DNA of 64,000 nucleotides from Octopus vulgaris (taxonomy: Eukaryota), in assembly GCA_951406725.2 (NCBI GenBank), contig OX597822.1, forward strand, positions 34,038,001 to 34,102,000, read 5' to 3'. The first letter of the stretch is position 1. The number at the start of each line of letters is the position of its first letter. Below are positions 14,801 through 28,000 of the stretch, piece by piece. The translations under genes and the position numbers were made by a program. Below the pieces are notes generated by a model. That model was not told the origin of the DNA, did no database searches, and worked only from the letters and a program-made list of their open reading frames with translations.

Positions 14801-15932
14801 TAACTGTGAAGAGGACATTTTCTTCTCAAGTCATTCACCTAATTGCCAAGAGTAGGTGTCAGGTCTTCTGTTAATGTTACCTATGATTGAATGAGTAATA
14901 TGTAGGTAAGAAGGCAGGTAGGTTGATGTGTGTGTGTGTGAATGTATACATGCATGTTTGTGTGTGTGTGAATGTATACATGTATGTTTGTGTGTGTGAA
15001 TGCATATATGTATATGTTTGTGTGTGTGTGTGTGTGTGTATACATGTTTGCATGTGTGTATATATAGAGATTGATAGATATGGCTCTGTGGTCAAGAAGT
15101 CCACTTCCCAACCACATGGTGTTTTGGAGTTCAGTTTCACTGTTTAGCGCCTTGGGCAAGGGTCTACTACTATAGTGCGGTACTGACCAATGCCTTGTGA
15201 GTAGATTTGATAGACAAAAACTGAAAGAAGCCCATCGTATTTGTAAATATAGGTTCATGTGTTTGCGTGACTATCTTCCTATTTCCTTGCTGACACATGT
15301 TCCTCTCCTGTTTGTGGACAATGGCTTCACTGTTGATACCATTTGTTTGCATTCTACCACAAAAGCTTGTTCAGGCTTCTTGACAAGACTTGACATGTAG
15401 CATGATCTTTGTAAAGAAAGGGCTTATTTCTCTGATATTTTCTTTTTTTTTTGGCTTCCATTTTTCCATGTAAACATGCATGGGCAGTTTGTTTGATAGA
15501 CGGGCAGGTTGTTACTTCACCTGGAAACAAATGGAGGTTGGTTGTTGGTTGCAAGAAGGACATCTGGCTGTAGAAAACTCTACCCCATCTGACCCCATGA
15601 TTACACATACTCATCCCCTGTTTGTGAACAACGGCTTTGCTGTCGATATATAGTTGCAGCCTGATAACATGCTCTTTTGGGTGATTGTCTGTTTGATATC
15701 ATCACACCAGAACTAAAATTATTGATTCTTTTACAGGAATTTAGAGAAATGGAGACATCTCAAGCAAGTTTGATTGGTTTTGTATTCTCCAAGTGTTAAT
15801 AGTACAGTCAGAGCTGTAGTCCCTTATGGTTTCCCTTTTGCATCGTCATTACTAAGATTGCTTTGTTAAGGTTTAATATGTCAGGGTTTGTTTCCCTTAA
15901 TTGTCCTTATTTTGTTTTTGCTATTTTTGCAG

Positions 15933-16063
15933 AGACCGTTTGGAGAGACTGGAGTTTGAACGGAGAGTGAGGGAACAGCGAGAGATACGAGAGCAGCAGA
16001 AGGAACGTGAAAGGCAGGCTCGAAAGAAAGAGGAAAGAAGGAACCAAGCATTGCGTAATGAAG
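15933..16063 (+). CDS. CDK11: CDK11 exon, RE-rich region ([28 protein letters not shown]...)
   Basis: ttttgcag acceptor and G|gtgaga donor, phase 2 to 1. Resembles the vertebrate CDK11 DRLEQLER...REQQKE segment. Confidence 0.88.
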
Positions 16064-19000
16064 GTGAGAATCAGCCTGCTTTTACAGTTCTATATTTAAG
16101 AGATGAGGAATTCATCATCATCATCATCATCATCATTTAGCGTCCGTTCTCCATGCTAGCATGGGTTGGACGGTTCAACTGGGGTCTGTGAAGCTGGAAG
16201 GCTTCATCAGGCCCGGTCAGATCTGGCAGTGTTTCTACGGCTGGATGCCCTTCCTAACGCCAACCACTCCGTGAGTGTAGTGGGTGCTTTTTACGTGCCA
16301 CCCGCATGTAATTATTTATATTATTTATATTATTTACATTTGCCGGATATTTGTCCTCATCTTGTTTGTTGTTAACACAACGTTTTGGCTGATACACCCT
16401 CCAGCCTTCATCAGGTGTCTTGGGGAAATTTCGAACCTGGGTTCTCATTCCTAAGGTATTTTTTGATGCTATTATTATTGAGAAGGGGTTTTCCTTCCTT
16501 CCGTGTGTATTTCATTGAAGACTATTTTTTGAGAACATTTTTACTTGACATTTTATCTTCTTGTAGAAATGGAACGGGCAGAGCGGCGTCGGTTGAAACG
16601 GCACTTCCGAAGTCGAAGTCCAAGTCGAGAAAGTCGACACCATGACCATTTGAATCGATGGGATGCAAAGGCACGGCCCAGAAAGAGATCTCCTGATGAA
16701 CAGCGTATGTATTTCAGCTTTTCTTGATCTGCCTTCTAGACTATATTTTCTTCAACTCATTCATACTTGCATCTCCTCCTTACTCCATGTTTTAGTTCTG
16801 TTGTTCATTCATTAGTTCCTTTTACATCTGATTTTTCTTGGTTGCATGAGTTGGATGATTACTAATCATTGAGGTATATATATATATATTAAACAGATGC
16901 CCTTCCTGTCATGAACATTTACTGTTTTTAAATGACAAATATTTTTATTCCATTTTTCTTTGAAAGCGTAGACTTGTTGACATGGAATATCAACATTGCC
17001 TCATCAATTTCTTTTGCTCTGTTGTTTCATGTAAAAATGGGTAGAATATACTCTCTCTCTCTCTCTCTCTCTCACTCAGATACACACACACCTGTATGTT
17101 TGTGCGTACCTTGTCTTGAGATTCTGTGATGTTGTAAACGAGCATCACCATCATACAAGCAAGGTTATTTGTTTCCAATCCTGCATGAAGACATGTTCAG
17201 TCATGGAGAAATATTACTTTGTTTGGAAACAGGTGAGGGTTAGCGACAAGATGAGCATCCAGCTGTAAATAAATCTGCCTCAATAAATTCCATCTGACCC
17301 AGGCAAGCATGGAGGAGACATTATCATCATCATCATCATCATCATTTAGCGTCCGCTTTCCATGCTAGCATGGGTTGGACGGTTCAACTGAGGTCTGTGA
17401 AGCCAGAAGGCTGCATCAGGCCCAGTCTGATCTGGCAGTGTTTCTACGGCTGGATGCCCTTCCTAACGCCAACCACTCCGTGAGTGTAGTGGGTGCTTTT
17501 TATGTGCCAGACGGAGCTGGCAGACGGCCACGGACGGACGGTGCTTTTTACATGCCACCGGCACGGAGGCCAGGCGAGGCTGGCAACGGCCACGAATGGA
17601 TGGTGCTTTTTACGTGCCACCGGCACGGAGGCCAGGCGAGGCTGGCAACGGCCACGAACGGATGGTGCTTTTTACGTGCCGCTGGCAACGGCCACGATCG
17701 GATGGTTTGCTTACTTGTCACTGGCACTGGTATCACAGCTGCAATTTCCATTGATAAATGATCACATATATAAACATACATACAGATATTACCGTAAATC
17801 CTCGAGTATAATCAGCATTTTTTCCCCAAAATTTAAAGGTCAAAATCCCTAGTGCGTACTACATACAAGGTTAAAAGTGAAAAATATTTTCGAAGCAATG
17901 TCTGAGTCTCTATTTGCTGTCCGGCAATGTTTATTCAGACGCATTTTGTGATGTCGGGCGCGAAAATACCTTAAGCTAAACCAGAAAGCAATGAAATCGT
18001 AAAAGAATCATCCATAACTTGCAGTAAGCAGCATTTATTAAAATAAAAGTATTCAGAACACAGAATAACATATAACAAAAACAATTTGCAAACATATTTA
18101 CATTCCCATATAACAATTAAGAACACCACCATTATTGTATTACACATGCACAGAAGTGTTTGTTTGACTAGGTGCTGCTGGCTTAATTACGCACGACTCA
18201 AGTTAGAGAAGGGGTGCGTATTATACAACACAAGGTTTAGGTTTTTCAGAAGTACAGCTCCCTAAAAATCCCATGCGTATTATACTTAAGGGTGGACTAT
18301 ACTCGAGGATTTACGGTATTATATCACAACATTTTTATTATTTCATACTTCACACTATGAATATTCAAGACATACGCCAAATATATTCAAGGTTTAAAAA
18401 TTTCTACAAGTGCGCCTAATGATATGGTTTTAATTAATCCTTATTTCACAGAAGCCCATTCTCCGATTGGACCCCATACTCCAGATGAAGTGGACGACAC
18501 TAATGTGGAAATTCCATCTGATGGTTCAGAGGAGCCATACGAAATTAGGCCTGCTGAACCAGTATATGTTTCAGAAATCAGTGAGGCATCGCATTCAGAT
18601 TCAGAATCAGGTAAGCTTCCGTCACCCGTTTGTTTCATCTTGGTTTTGCTCTTTTTCTCTCTCTTTCATATGTGTAGGCATGGCTGTGTAGTTAAGAAGC
18701 TTTCCTTGCAACCGCCTGGTTCCAGGTTTGGTCCCATAGTACAGCACAGCCTTCAGCAGTCCAATGTCTCGTGAGTTTTTGCACCTTGTTTCATTTAAAC
18801 AAAAGTTTACAGAAAACTTTAATTAAAGCCACTGACTGGCTTGTGCTGCTAGGAAACATCCACTGTATGGCTTACATCAGTTCACTTGGCTGGTAATGGG
18901 TGCCACTTCTGCTTCTCAGTTAAGGATTTCAGAGGCCAGCTATGAGACAGTATGCAAAATATTTGGATTTTGAGCATATGAAGTTAATGTTATCTCCTCC

Positions 19001-22000
19001 ACCCTTTCCCTAAATATTAATATTATTGGTTAATAATAATAATAATAATAATAATCCTTTCTACTATAGGCACAAGGCTTGGATTTTGTGGGAAGTGGGA
19101 TAGTCAATCACATAGACCCAAATACTCAACTGGTACTTAATTTATCAACCCATTAAGAGGATGAAAGGCAAAGTTGACCTTGGCGAAATTTGAACTCAGA
19201 ATGTAGTACTTCTAAGCATTTTGCCCAGCATGCTAACGATTCTGCCAGCGCACCACCTTGATAATAACAGTAATAGTAATAATAACAATAATCCTTTCTG
19301 TTATAAGCACAAGGCCTGAAATTTTGAGGCAGGTGGACTAGTTGATTACATTGATCTGATAAGCTAACAATAATAATAATGGTTTCAAATTTTGGCACAA
19401 GGCCAGCAGTTTTTGAAGGGATGGAGAAGTTGATTACCTCCGTTCCAAATGGATGAAAAGCAAAGTTGACCGTGGCAGAATCTAACCTCAGAGCATTAAA
19501 AAAAAAAAAAAATGGCAATCCATTGGTTATGACGATAAGGGTTCCACTTGATCCGATCAACGGAACAGCTTGCTCGAGAAATTAATGTGCAAGTGGCTGA
19601 GCACTCCACAGACATGCGTAACGTTAAAGTAGTTCACTGGGGAATTCAGCATGACACAGAATGTGACAAGGCTGGCCCTTTGAAATACAGGTACTACTCA
19701 TTTTTGCCAGCTGAGTGAACTGGAGTAACGTGAAATAAAGGACTCAATACATCGCCTGGAATTGAACTCACAACCTTCCGATTGTGAGTAGAATACCCTA
19801 ACCACTAAGCCACGTGCCTTCACCCCACAGAGCATAAAGACATGAAATACCATTAAGGATTTTGTGTGGCAGGCTAAGGATTCCACCAGCTCATCACTTT
19901 AATAATGATGATGACCTTTTTTTACTAAGGGAGAAAGCCTGAAATTTAGGGAGATGGGGAATAGTTGATTACATCAACCCCAGTGCTCTGTTGGGACTTA
20001 TTTTATAAATATCAACCCTGAAATGATGGAAGGCAAAGTTGACCTTGGCGGAATTTGAGCTCAGAAAATAATGATGGATAAAATGCTGTTAAGCATTTCG
20101 ACTGGTGTGCCAACAATTCTGCCAGCTCGCTGCCTTAATAACCATAATAATAATCCTTCCTACTGTAGGCACAAGGCCTGAAGTTTTTGGGGTGGTTTGG
20201 TGGGAGCAGTTGATTAGATTGACCCCAGTACACAACTGGTTATTAATTTATTGACTTTGGAAGGATGAAAGGCAAAATCGACCTTGGCAGAATTTGAACT
20301 CAGAACATAAAGACAGATGAAATACTTAGCAGTATTTCATCCAGCGTGCTAATAGTTCTGCCATCTCGCTACTTTAATAACACTGATAATGGGCTCTCAG
20401 AGAGTGCAAACCTCCACCAAGGCAACACCAACATCCTCTCAACGATTAGCTGGAGATGATTTTTAAAATGAGAATATTGGAAATAAACTCGGCTTCTCTC
20501 ACAAACAAGAATACTAAAAATGAACCTGACTGCTCTCAAAAATTAAGTAAAAAAACAAGGAAAATAATCCAGAATCCTTGTCCGATACCAGATCGATCCC
20601 ATTTAATCAGTTCGTGCCAGTCACAAGGCAAGAACTCCCTGAAAGTTTCATCCGAAACCTTCTGTTGGTTCTTGAGATATCTTTCCCATGGACAGACAAA
20701 CAAACAAACATGACTGAAAACAATACCCCTGCCTTCGCTAAGGCGGAGGTAATAATAATAATAGCAACAACAATTTTAAATTCATTTGTTTCCATTATTA
20801 GATTCACGATCACCAAGTTCAGCATCAAGCTCCAGTAGTGAAGATGAAATAATAAACAATGATTGCAGTGTCGTTGAAAGTCGCAATATCAAATACCATC
20901 GTAAGTATATGTTTCTTTATGGCTTTTTTTTTTTCCCCAGTTTTAAGGATTTAGAACCACAGTTTTGTTTTTGTTTTTGTTTTAGGTCTGTTTCCCATGC
21001 TAGCATGGGCTGGATGAACACTTAATATTCCAGGCGTTGTTTTACAGCTGAATGCCTTTCCTGTTACTAACCTTTATCAGCTTTTCAAATTAGGGACTTA
21101 TATTTGTTTGAAAGCGCAGCGATTACTGGATGATACAGCAATGTCAACCTAATGTCATCAACCTATTGTCACTGTTTTTCCTCAACCGACTTCACACGAA
21201 GACAGACCTTTCACACATACATTGTCATATGCACACACAGACACTCACATATGTACACACACACACAGATATATATGTGTTTGTGCATGTATCTAGACTT
21301 AGGTATGATGGGGTTTCCAACTACTAGTTCAACTCAGAAGGCATTGGTTGACTTAAAGCTGTAATGAAAAAGAAACTTGTTTAAGGTGCCATGCTGTGAG
21401 ATAGAACTCTAAACCAAATATTTACAAAGTGTACTCCTTATCCGTATTACCACGTTTGCAATTTTTAAATCCTGTAGTCATAGTTGAATGGGTTTGAGGT
21501 GAAGGAGGTTAGAATTATTTAATAAACAACCTTCAATCAATTAATCTAACGAACATTCACTGACCATTTGTGACTGTTTTTTTTTTTTTGGTACTGCATA
21601 ATAAAAAAGAAATGGATAAATAGAAGTAAGAACAGATGGAGGGCCCGAGCAGACAGTTTGTACAAGGGAGATAATCATTTTTCATGATTTAGAAGATTGA
21701 ATTTGAAATATAAGAATAAAGAGGATCATTATCATCATCAGAGAAAGATGGCATTATACTTGGTGTGAAGGCATTTGGCTTAGTGGTTAGGGTATTCAGC
21801 TCACGATCGTAAGGTCATGAGTTCAAATCCTGGCAATGTGTTGTGTCCTTAAGCAAGACACTTTATTTCACGGTTTTCCAGCCCACTCAGCTGGCAAAAA
21901 TGAGTAGTACCTGTATTTTGAAGGGTCAACCTTGTCACATTCTGTGTCACATTGAATCTCCATGGGAACTATGTTAAGGGTACACATGTCTGTGGAGTAC

Positions 22001-25000
22001 TCTGCCACTTGCATGTTAATTTCACAAGTAAGTTGTTCCGTTGATCGGATCAACTGGAACCCTTGTCATCATAACTGATGTAGTGCCAGTAGTGAGAGGC
22101 TAAAGTATGATAGAGGGACAGGCACAGGTATTTTGCTATAGAGGAAGCACTTGATTACCCTGCATTATGCAAGGGAGGGTGTGGGTAACTGGAAAGTAGA
22201 CGATGGTGGTGACAAAGTGTCACAAGTAGATGAATGTAAGACAGAATAGGGACAAAGAATCGAGAAGTGTATTAGAGTATGATAGAAGGGTGACATAGTT
22301 AGAGATGGGTTTGGAGATGGATGTAATGAATAGAACAATCAAGGGGTGGTTGATGGTGAATCTTATTATGTTGGAGAAGGTGAATGAATAGGAGTGAGTG
22401 GTTCAGAAATGAGGCGGTGGTAAGTGCAGGACAGAAAGGGAGGAGAGCCACAACATAAACTTTTAGGAAGATAAGAAAATATGTAGAGAGTGTGAGGGAA
22501 GGGGGTGAAAAAGAGATGTACAGTAACATAGATGGATGTCAGAGGTATGTAGGGGTGTTTATAGTGTTTGAAGGACAAAGCTAGAGGGGAAGCTGTTGAC
22601 AGCAGTTATGTCGGTGAGAGGGGTGGGGGATAATAGCAGATTCAAGAAGGTGTTAAAGCTGAATAAATGGCAGTCTAAAGATGTCTCTCAAGGAAGCACA
22701 GAAAGGGATGACAAGTGGGAAGGAATGATTTTGAAAATGAGGGATGAGTTTTAAAAGGATATGGTTCTGGGCAGAGGGGAGGTGCAAACAAGGGTGAAAT
22801 ATGTTCATTTTCTGCTCTCAATATGATTATAGTAGCTGAACAGTGCCTTAGAAGTATGGAGAGATAGGTGTTATCATCATCATCGTTTAATGTCCGCTTT
22901 CCATGCTAGCATGGGTTGGACGGTTCGACTGGGGTCTGGGAAGCCAGGAGGCTGCACCAGGCCCAGTCTGATATGGCAGTGTTTCTACAGCTGGATGCCC
23001 TTCCTAACGCCAACCACTCTGTGAGTGTAGTGAGTGTTTTTTACGTGCCACTGGCACGGAGGCCAGTCGGGGTGTTATGAAGATGAGAAATGAGAAAGGC
23101 TTGACAGGGACAGATTACATGTAGTGATAGGGCCTAGTCAGTGAATGGATATAAAATAGCATAAATAATGCTTTTAGGACTTCATATTCATCAAAATGGA
23201 TATGTCTTCTTGAACACAGTGAATTGCTAGTCAACTCAATCCTCGTCCGTAAGGCTCAACACCTTGAGATCAACCTTCACTTCTTGTTCCCATGTCGTCC
23301 TGGGTCTCTTTCCACAAGTTTCATCCATAGTTAGCAATCAGCACTTCTTCATACAGTTATTCTCAGTCATACACATCATGTGGCTGTACCAGTGCAGTCT
23401 TCTCTCTTGTACACTTCATCTGATTTCCCTTATCTCCAATTTTTCTCTCAACACATTTGCATTCTGTCATTGATGAACACTGATGTTTAGAGCATCTAGC
23501 TTCATTGCTTCCTGGTCTTAACATGTCATCTGCATTTAGGGCCCACGTCTCATTACCATGTAGCATTGCTGTCCATACACAAGGATCAGTTTGCCTTTCG
23601 CTCTAAGAGAAAGACTTTTTGTTACTAGCAGAGGTAAAAGCTCTCTGTCCATGAATGCATGGACAGACAGACAGGTAGTCAAACAGACGGAACTGGTTCT
23701 TATTCTAGCAGCTATACTTTCAGAATATCCTCTTTCACTGTTAATTAGCTCAATTAAGTAACAGGAATTATCTAGTACCTCTTGAGCATCTCCTGGGTAT
23801 TTGAGAAACTTCCACTGGGTACACAGTATGGAATTTTTACCTAGACCTTTCCTACCTATTTAGTAGGGCAATTTTCCTGATGGGAATAGAGCCCTGTCTG
23901 TTGAACCGAGAACTTTCTTTGCCTTCATAACCTTGATTGCTTTGTCTTTCATATGGCTGACAACTAGGATAGCTGGTCCCTCTGTTGATTCCATTCTGGG
24001 AATTCTCTCTTTATCCCCTGCATTCTCCACATTTAATAGCCTTTAATAATAGCATTTTTATGCCACTTTCTTTTCAGAATCACTGAGTGATTCTGAAATC
24101 TGTCCTCGTGTACTTCTCTCTCACTATATCTTGATTCTCTCTGATACACAGTCTTGCAGTTCAGAACACCTCGTGTCTCTGATCCTCATACTGTAAAATA
24201 TTTGCAAGCCTCATCCTTCCCGTTTCTCCCATTGCTAATTATACCTGTTTCCCTAGCTTCTCTTCTACCTACCTGGTAAAGTTTTTGCTGCCCTCATTCT
24301 TCTAAGCCTGTCTATTTTGCTTCTTGGTTATGTCTATTTCACTGTTCCACCACCACATCACCCTTAGTCCAGCTGGAAATTTGCACTAGTCACAGGTTTG
24401 GTCTGTTACCTTCAGTGGGTTGTCCCAAAGAAACATCCAATTCTCCTCTACTTTAGAAGTTTGTGTCTCCTCTTTCTCTTCAAATGTTTTAATTAGCACT
24501 TCTCTAAATTTCTGACTGCCCACTGAATTTTTAAGCTTCTATAACTTCTCTAGTCTGGTTTGAGTCTCTGAAAATATTCCTCAAAGTTCTAATGGTTCTT
24601 ACTCGTTAACTATCTTGTCCTGAACACAACTGTGCTGGCAATAGATGTGGTTAAATCCAATCATTGATTGAATTGTTTGAGGCAACACTTTAAAGCTGAA
24701 TACTCTTAATGGTATTTCAAGAAAGAAAGGCGGCAAGCTGGCAGAAACGGTTGCACACTGGGGGAAATGCTTAGCAGTATTTTGTCTGTCTTCGCATTCT
24801 GAGTTCAAATTCCACAAGTTGACTTTGCCTTTCATCCTTTTGGGGTTGATAAATTAAGTACCAGTTGCATACTGGGGTTGATCTAATCACCTGGCCTCCT
24901 CCTTAAAAATTTTGGGCTTTGTGCCTAGAGTAGAAAAGGTATTTCAAGAAAGAGATTTGAAAAAAAAGTTCCACTGGTTTTCAAATGCACAGATCAATGG

Positions 25001-28000
25001 GTCACACTGCCAACTAGGGATATAAGCATCACAGCTCCAGGCAGATTACGAAAGGTTCAATCACTTAACATTAAATCAGTAGGGTTGCTCATTGTGCCAT
25101 CACCATCAAACTATCATTTGGGAAGCAAACCCCCCCCCCCCTTCTACAAAAAAAAAGAAAGCAAAATATCTGAAACATTTATTTTTAGATCTCTCATATT
25201 GCTGTCAACAAGGGTAGCTGGCCCTACTGTTGGGTCCACATTGGGAAGTCTGTCTTTCTCCTTTGCATTCTCCACACTTGATAGCCTTTCATAGTAACAC
25301 TTCCATACCTCATTTTCCCTCTCAGTGCAAGTGCACCGTTATCCTCTATACACACTTCTCACCACAACATGATACCCGTAAAAGTTGTGTTCCAAGTAAA
25401 TTGATGTGTGAAATATAGCTTTCTTTTATGTCGTGTCCATTCAGCCTATCGTAGCTGTTGATGGTTCCAAAATCTGTCAAGTGACACAAACTCCTATTGT
25501 CTTTTACAGCTATTTCTTCTGAAAAAACAGGTCTCATTCTGGAATCAGGTTTGTGTTTTTTCACTTCTTATATTTGTTGTACTTTCCACTTGGACGCATG
25601 CGAGTTTTTGTTGTTCTTTTACTCTTCTTTAAATAGGTTTGGCTGCGCAAAAGAATGCGAGTTATTCGTTAACTGCTTGTGTCAGCTTTGATTAGGAAGA
25701 ACTGCAGCAAAAAAATGCAAGCATAGTTGCGTGATTAGAAAGTTTGTTTTGCAAGCATGTTGTTCTGGATTTGATCCTGCCTCATGGTACCATGAGTTGG
25801 TGTTTTCTACCAGACGTTTGGATTAATCAGTGCCTTGTGAATGAATGTCAGTAAAACTGAAACTGTACAGAAGATAATCGGGTGTGTGAGGAGCAGGGTG
25901 CGCATGCGCGCGTGCGAGCACATGCGGCGTTTTTCTAAGGAGTACATGTTACCGAGAATGTCACCACTGCCATTCGTCCACCCACAGACAGCCTGTGGGT
26001 CGATTTGTTCTGCTTACACTTGACTTCCACATTGCAGCACTTTTTCTGTAATTGGCATCCTAGTTGTAGAGTGGTGGTGGGCAGGGGGCGGGACACAATT
26101 AGCAGGTTAGTTGTTTTACACCTATGGCTATTATTATGAAGCCTGGACTGGCACAAAATTGAGAAGCTTGGAAAACGAAGGAAGAAGACAGCAATGATAA
26201 TGTTAACTAAAAATTCTGGGCCTTGTGCCTAGAGTAGAAGAGAATATGTATATATCCAATTAGTGTTGCACCGCTGTATGTAGTGGCTATCTAGGCATTG
26301 AGTTTGTGGATGATTAATGGGGTTGGATGTGTGCTAATGGAGGAGCAGAAACTCCCGAAATATGGCATATATGCCCATTACCCATTTTCCATTTTGTTTA
26401 CATTTGGCATTTTGGATCTGAAATGTTGTAACAAAAATCAATGCTGGCTATAATTCCTATGGAAAATCTGTAGAGATGACCTTAACATGTGATTTAATAG
26501 CGCTGCTAACACAGTAGAACACAATATTGGCTTATAAAAACCTGTACTTTATAGTGTATTATGGTTGTATAATGAAGTACTGTAGCATATTTAGGATCAT
26601 ACTGTATCTAATATCATACTGTATCTAGAATCATAGTGTTTCTAGGAACATAGAACTTCTAAGGCAGTGTGGAATGGTGTACATTAATCTAGATCTGTTG
26701 GTAATTTTTCCTTGTTGCACACTAAAACTTTGGTTTTTCTTGATAGTATTTCACATCTTTGGAGTCTTAGCCAAATGCATATCTGTTGGCAACAGCACTT
26801 CTACGTTAATTTTTATTTCTATTTCTATTTATTTTTTGTTTCTTTTTTTTTTTCTTTTTCTTTTATGTAGATCCTAAGTCTAAATTTGATGACCACTCAG
26901 AAAATGAAAGTGGTACCGATTCAGTGCAGCCCTCTGAACATGAAGAAACACCTTTCAGGGAGGGAAGTCCACCTGCGTCCCCCATCGAGGATGACTCAGA
27001 CCTGCCCCCCTATCTGCCGGCCATCCAGGGCTGTCGCAGTGTGGAGGAGTTTAACTGTCTGAATCGAATCGAGGAAGGTACCTATGGTGTGGTCTACAGA
27101 GCTAAAGACAAGAAATCTGGTAAACCTTCTTTCCATTTCTCTCCTTGCTTCAAGTTCTAGTGCTTACCTCACTAGTCTTTGCTTTTTGGTGGTATTCACA
27201 TTTTAATTTAGTAATGGGTTAAGTTCTTTGAGTCACCATCACCATACATTCGTTTCTCCATGCTGGTGTGGGTTTAACTCTTTAGCATTCAGATTTCATT
27301 GCCTCACGGAGGCAATGACAAATGACTGAGACCTTGAGCAATATCCTTTGCTTGCAAAGGGAGATCCATCCAACCGAGTGAAATCATAGTCGTGACAGAT
27401 ACTGGTGTCATGCAACTGGCACCCCTGCCAGTAGCACATAAAAGCACCCATTACACTCTCGGAGTGGTTGGTGTTAGGAAGGGCATCCAGCTGTAGAAAC
27501 CATGCCAATCAGACTGGAATCTGGTGCAGCCCCTCTGCTTACCAGCCCTGGTCAAACTGTCCAACCCATAACAGCATGGACGACAGATGTTAAATAATAG
27601 TAATGATGATGATGATGGTGGTGATTATTATTATTATTATTATTTGTCTGTTGAATGTAATGCTTATTTATTCACATTCGTTGAATTAATCCTGCATTCT
27701 CTCGTAGCTTTGAGAATCCAGTGAGGTAATTGTTTATTTTTGGAATGACATTGTAGGGTAGGTGTGAGAGATCAGATTGCACCAGTTTGAACTTAAAACA
27801 GCTAGAATATTTGGGCTGGACATGGTCAGTTTAAGTGCTAAAGGGTTAACAAAACTTGTTGAGGCCGATTTTCTGTGACTGGATACTCTTCCTGTTGCCA
27901 ATCCTTACCTGTTTCCCAAATAAAGGATTTTCATTCCACTGATTCTAACACATCAGGAGTGATGAAACCACTGAAAGCTTCTGGCTGTATGCTTATCGAA

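Noticed and set aside
1-15700. 5' coding exons or promoter of CDK11
   Set aside because: No exon with CDK11 N-terminal character or CpG-rich promoter was recognisable; the region is repeat-filled and probably intronic. A small exon could have been missed.
21768-21840. tRNA genes at A/B-box-like motifs (here and at other SINE heads)
   Set aside because: No complete cloverleaf; each continues into a SINE body.
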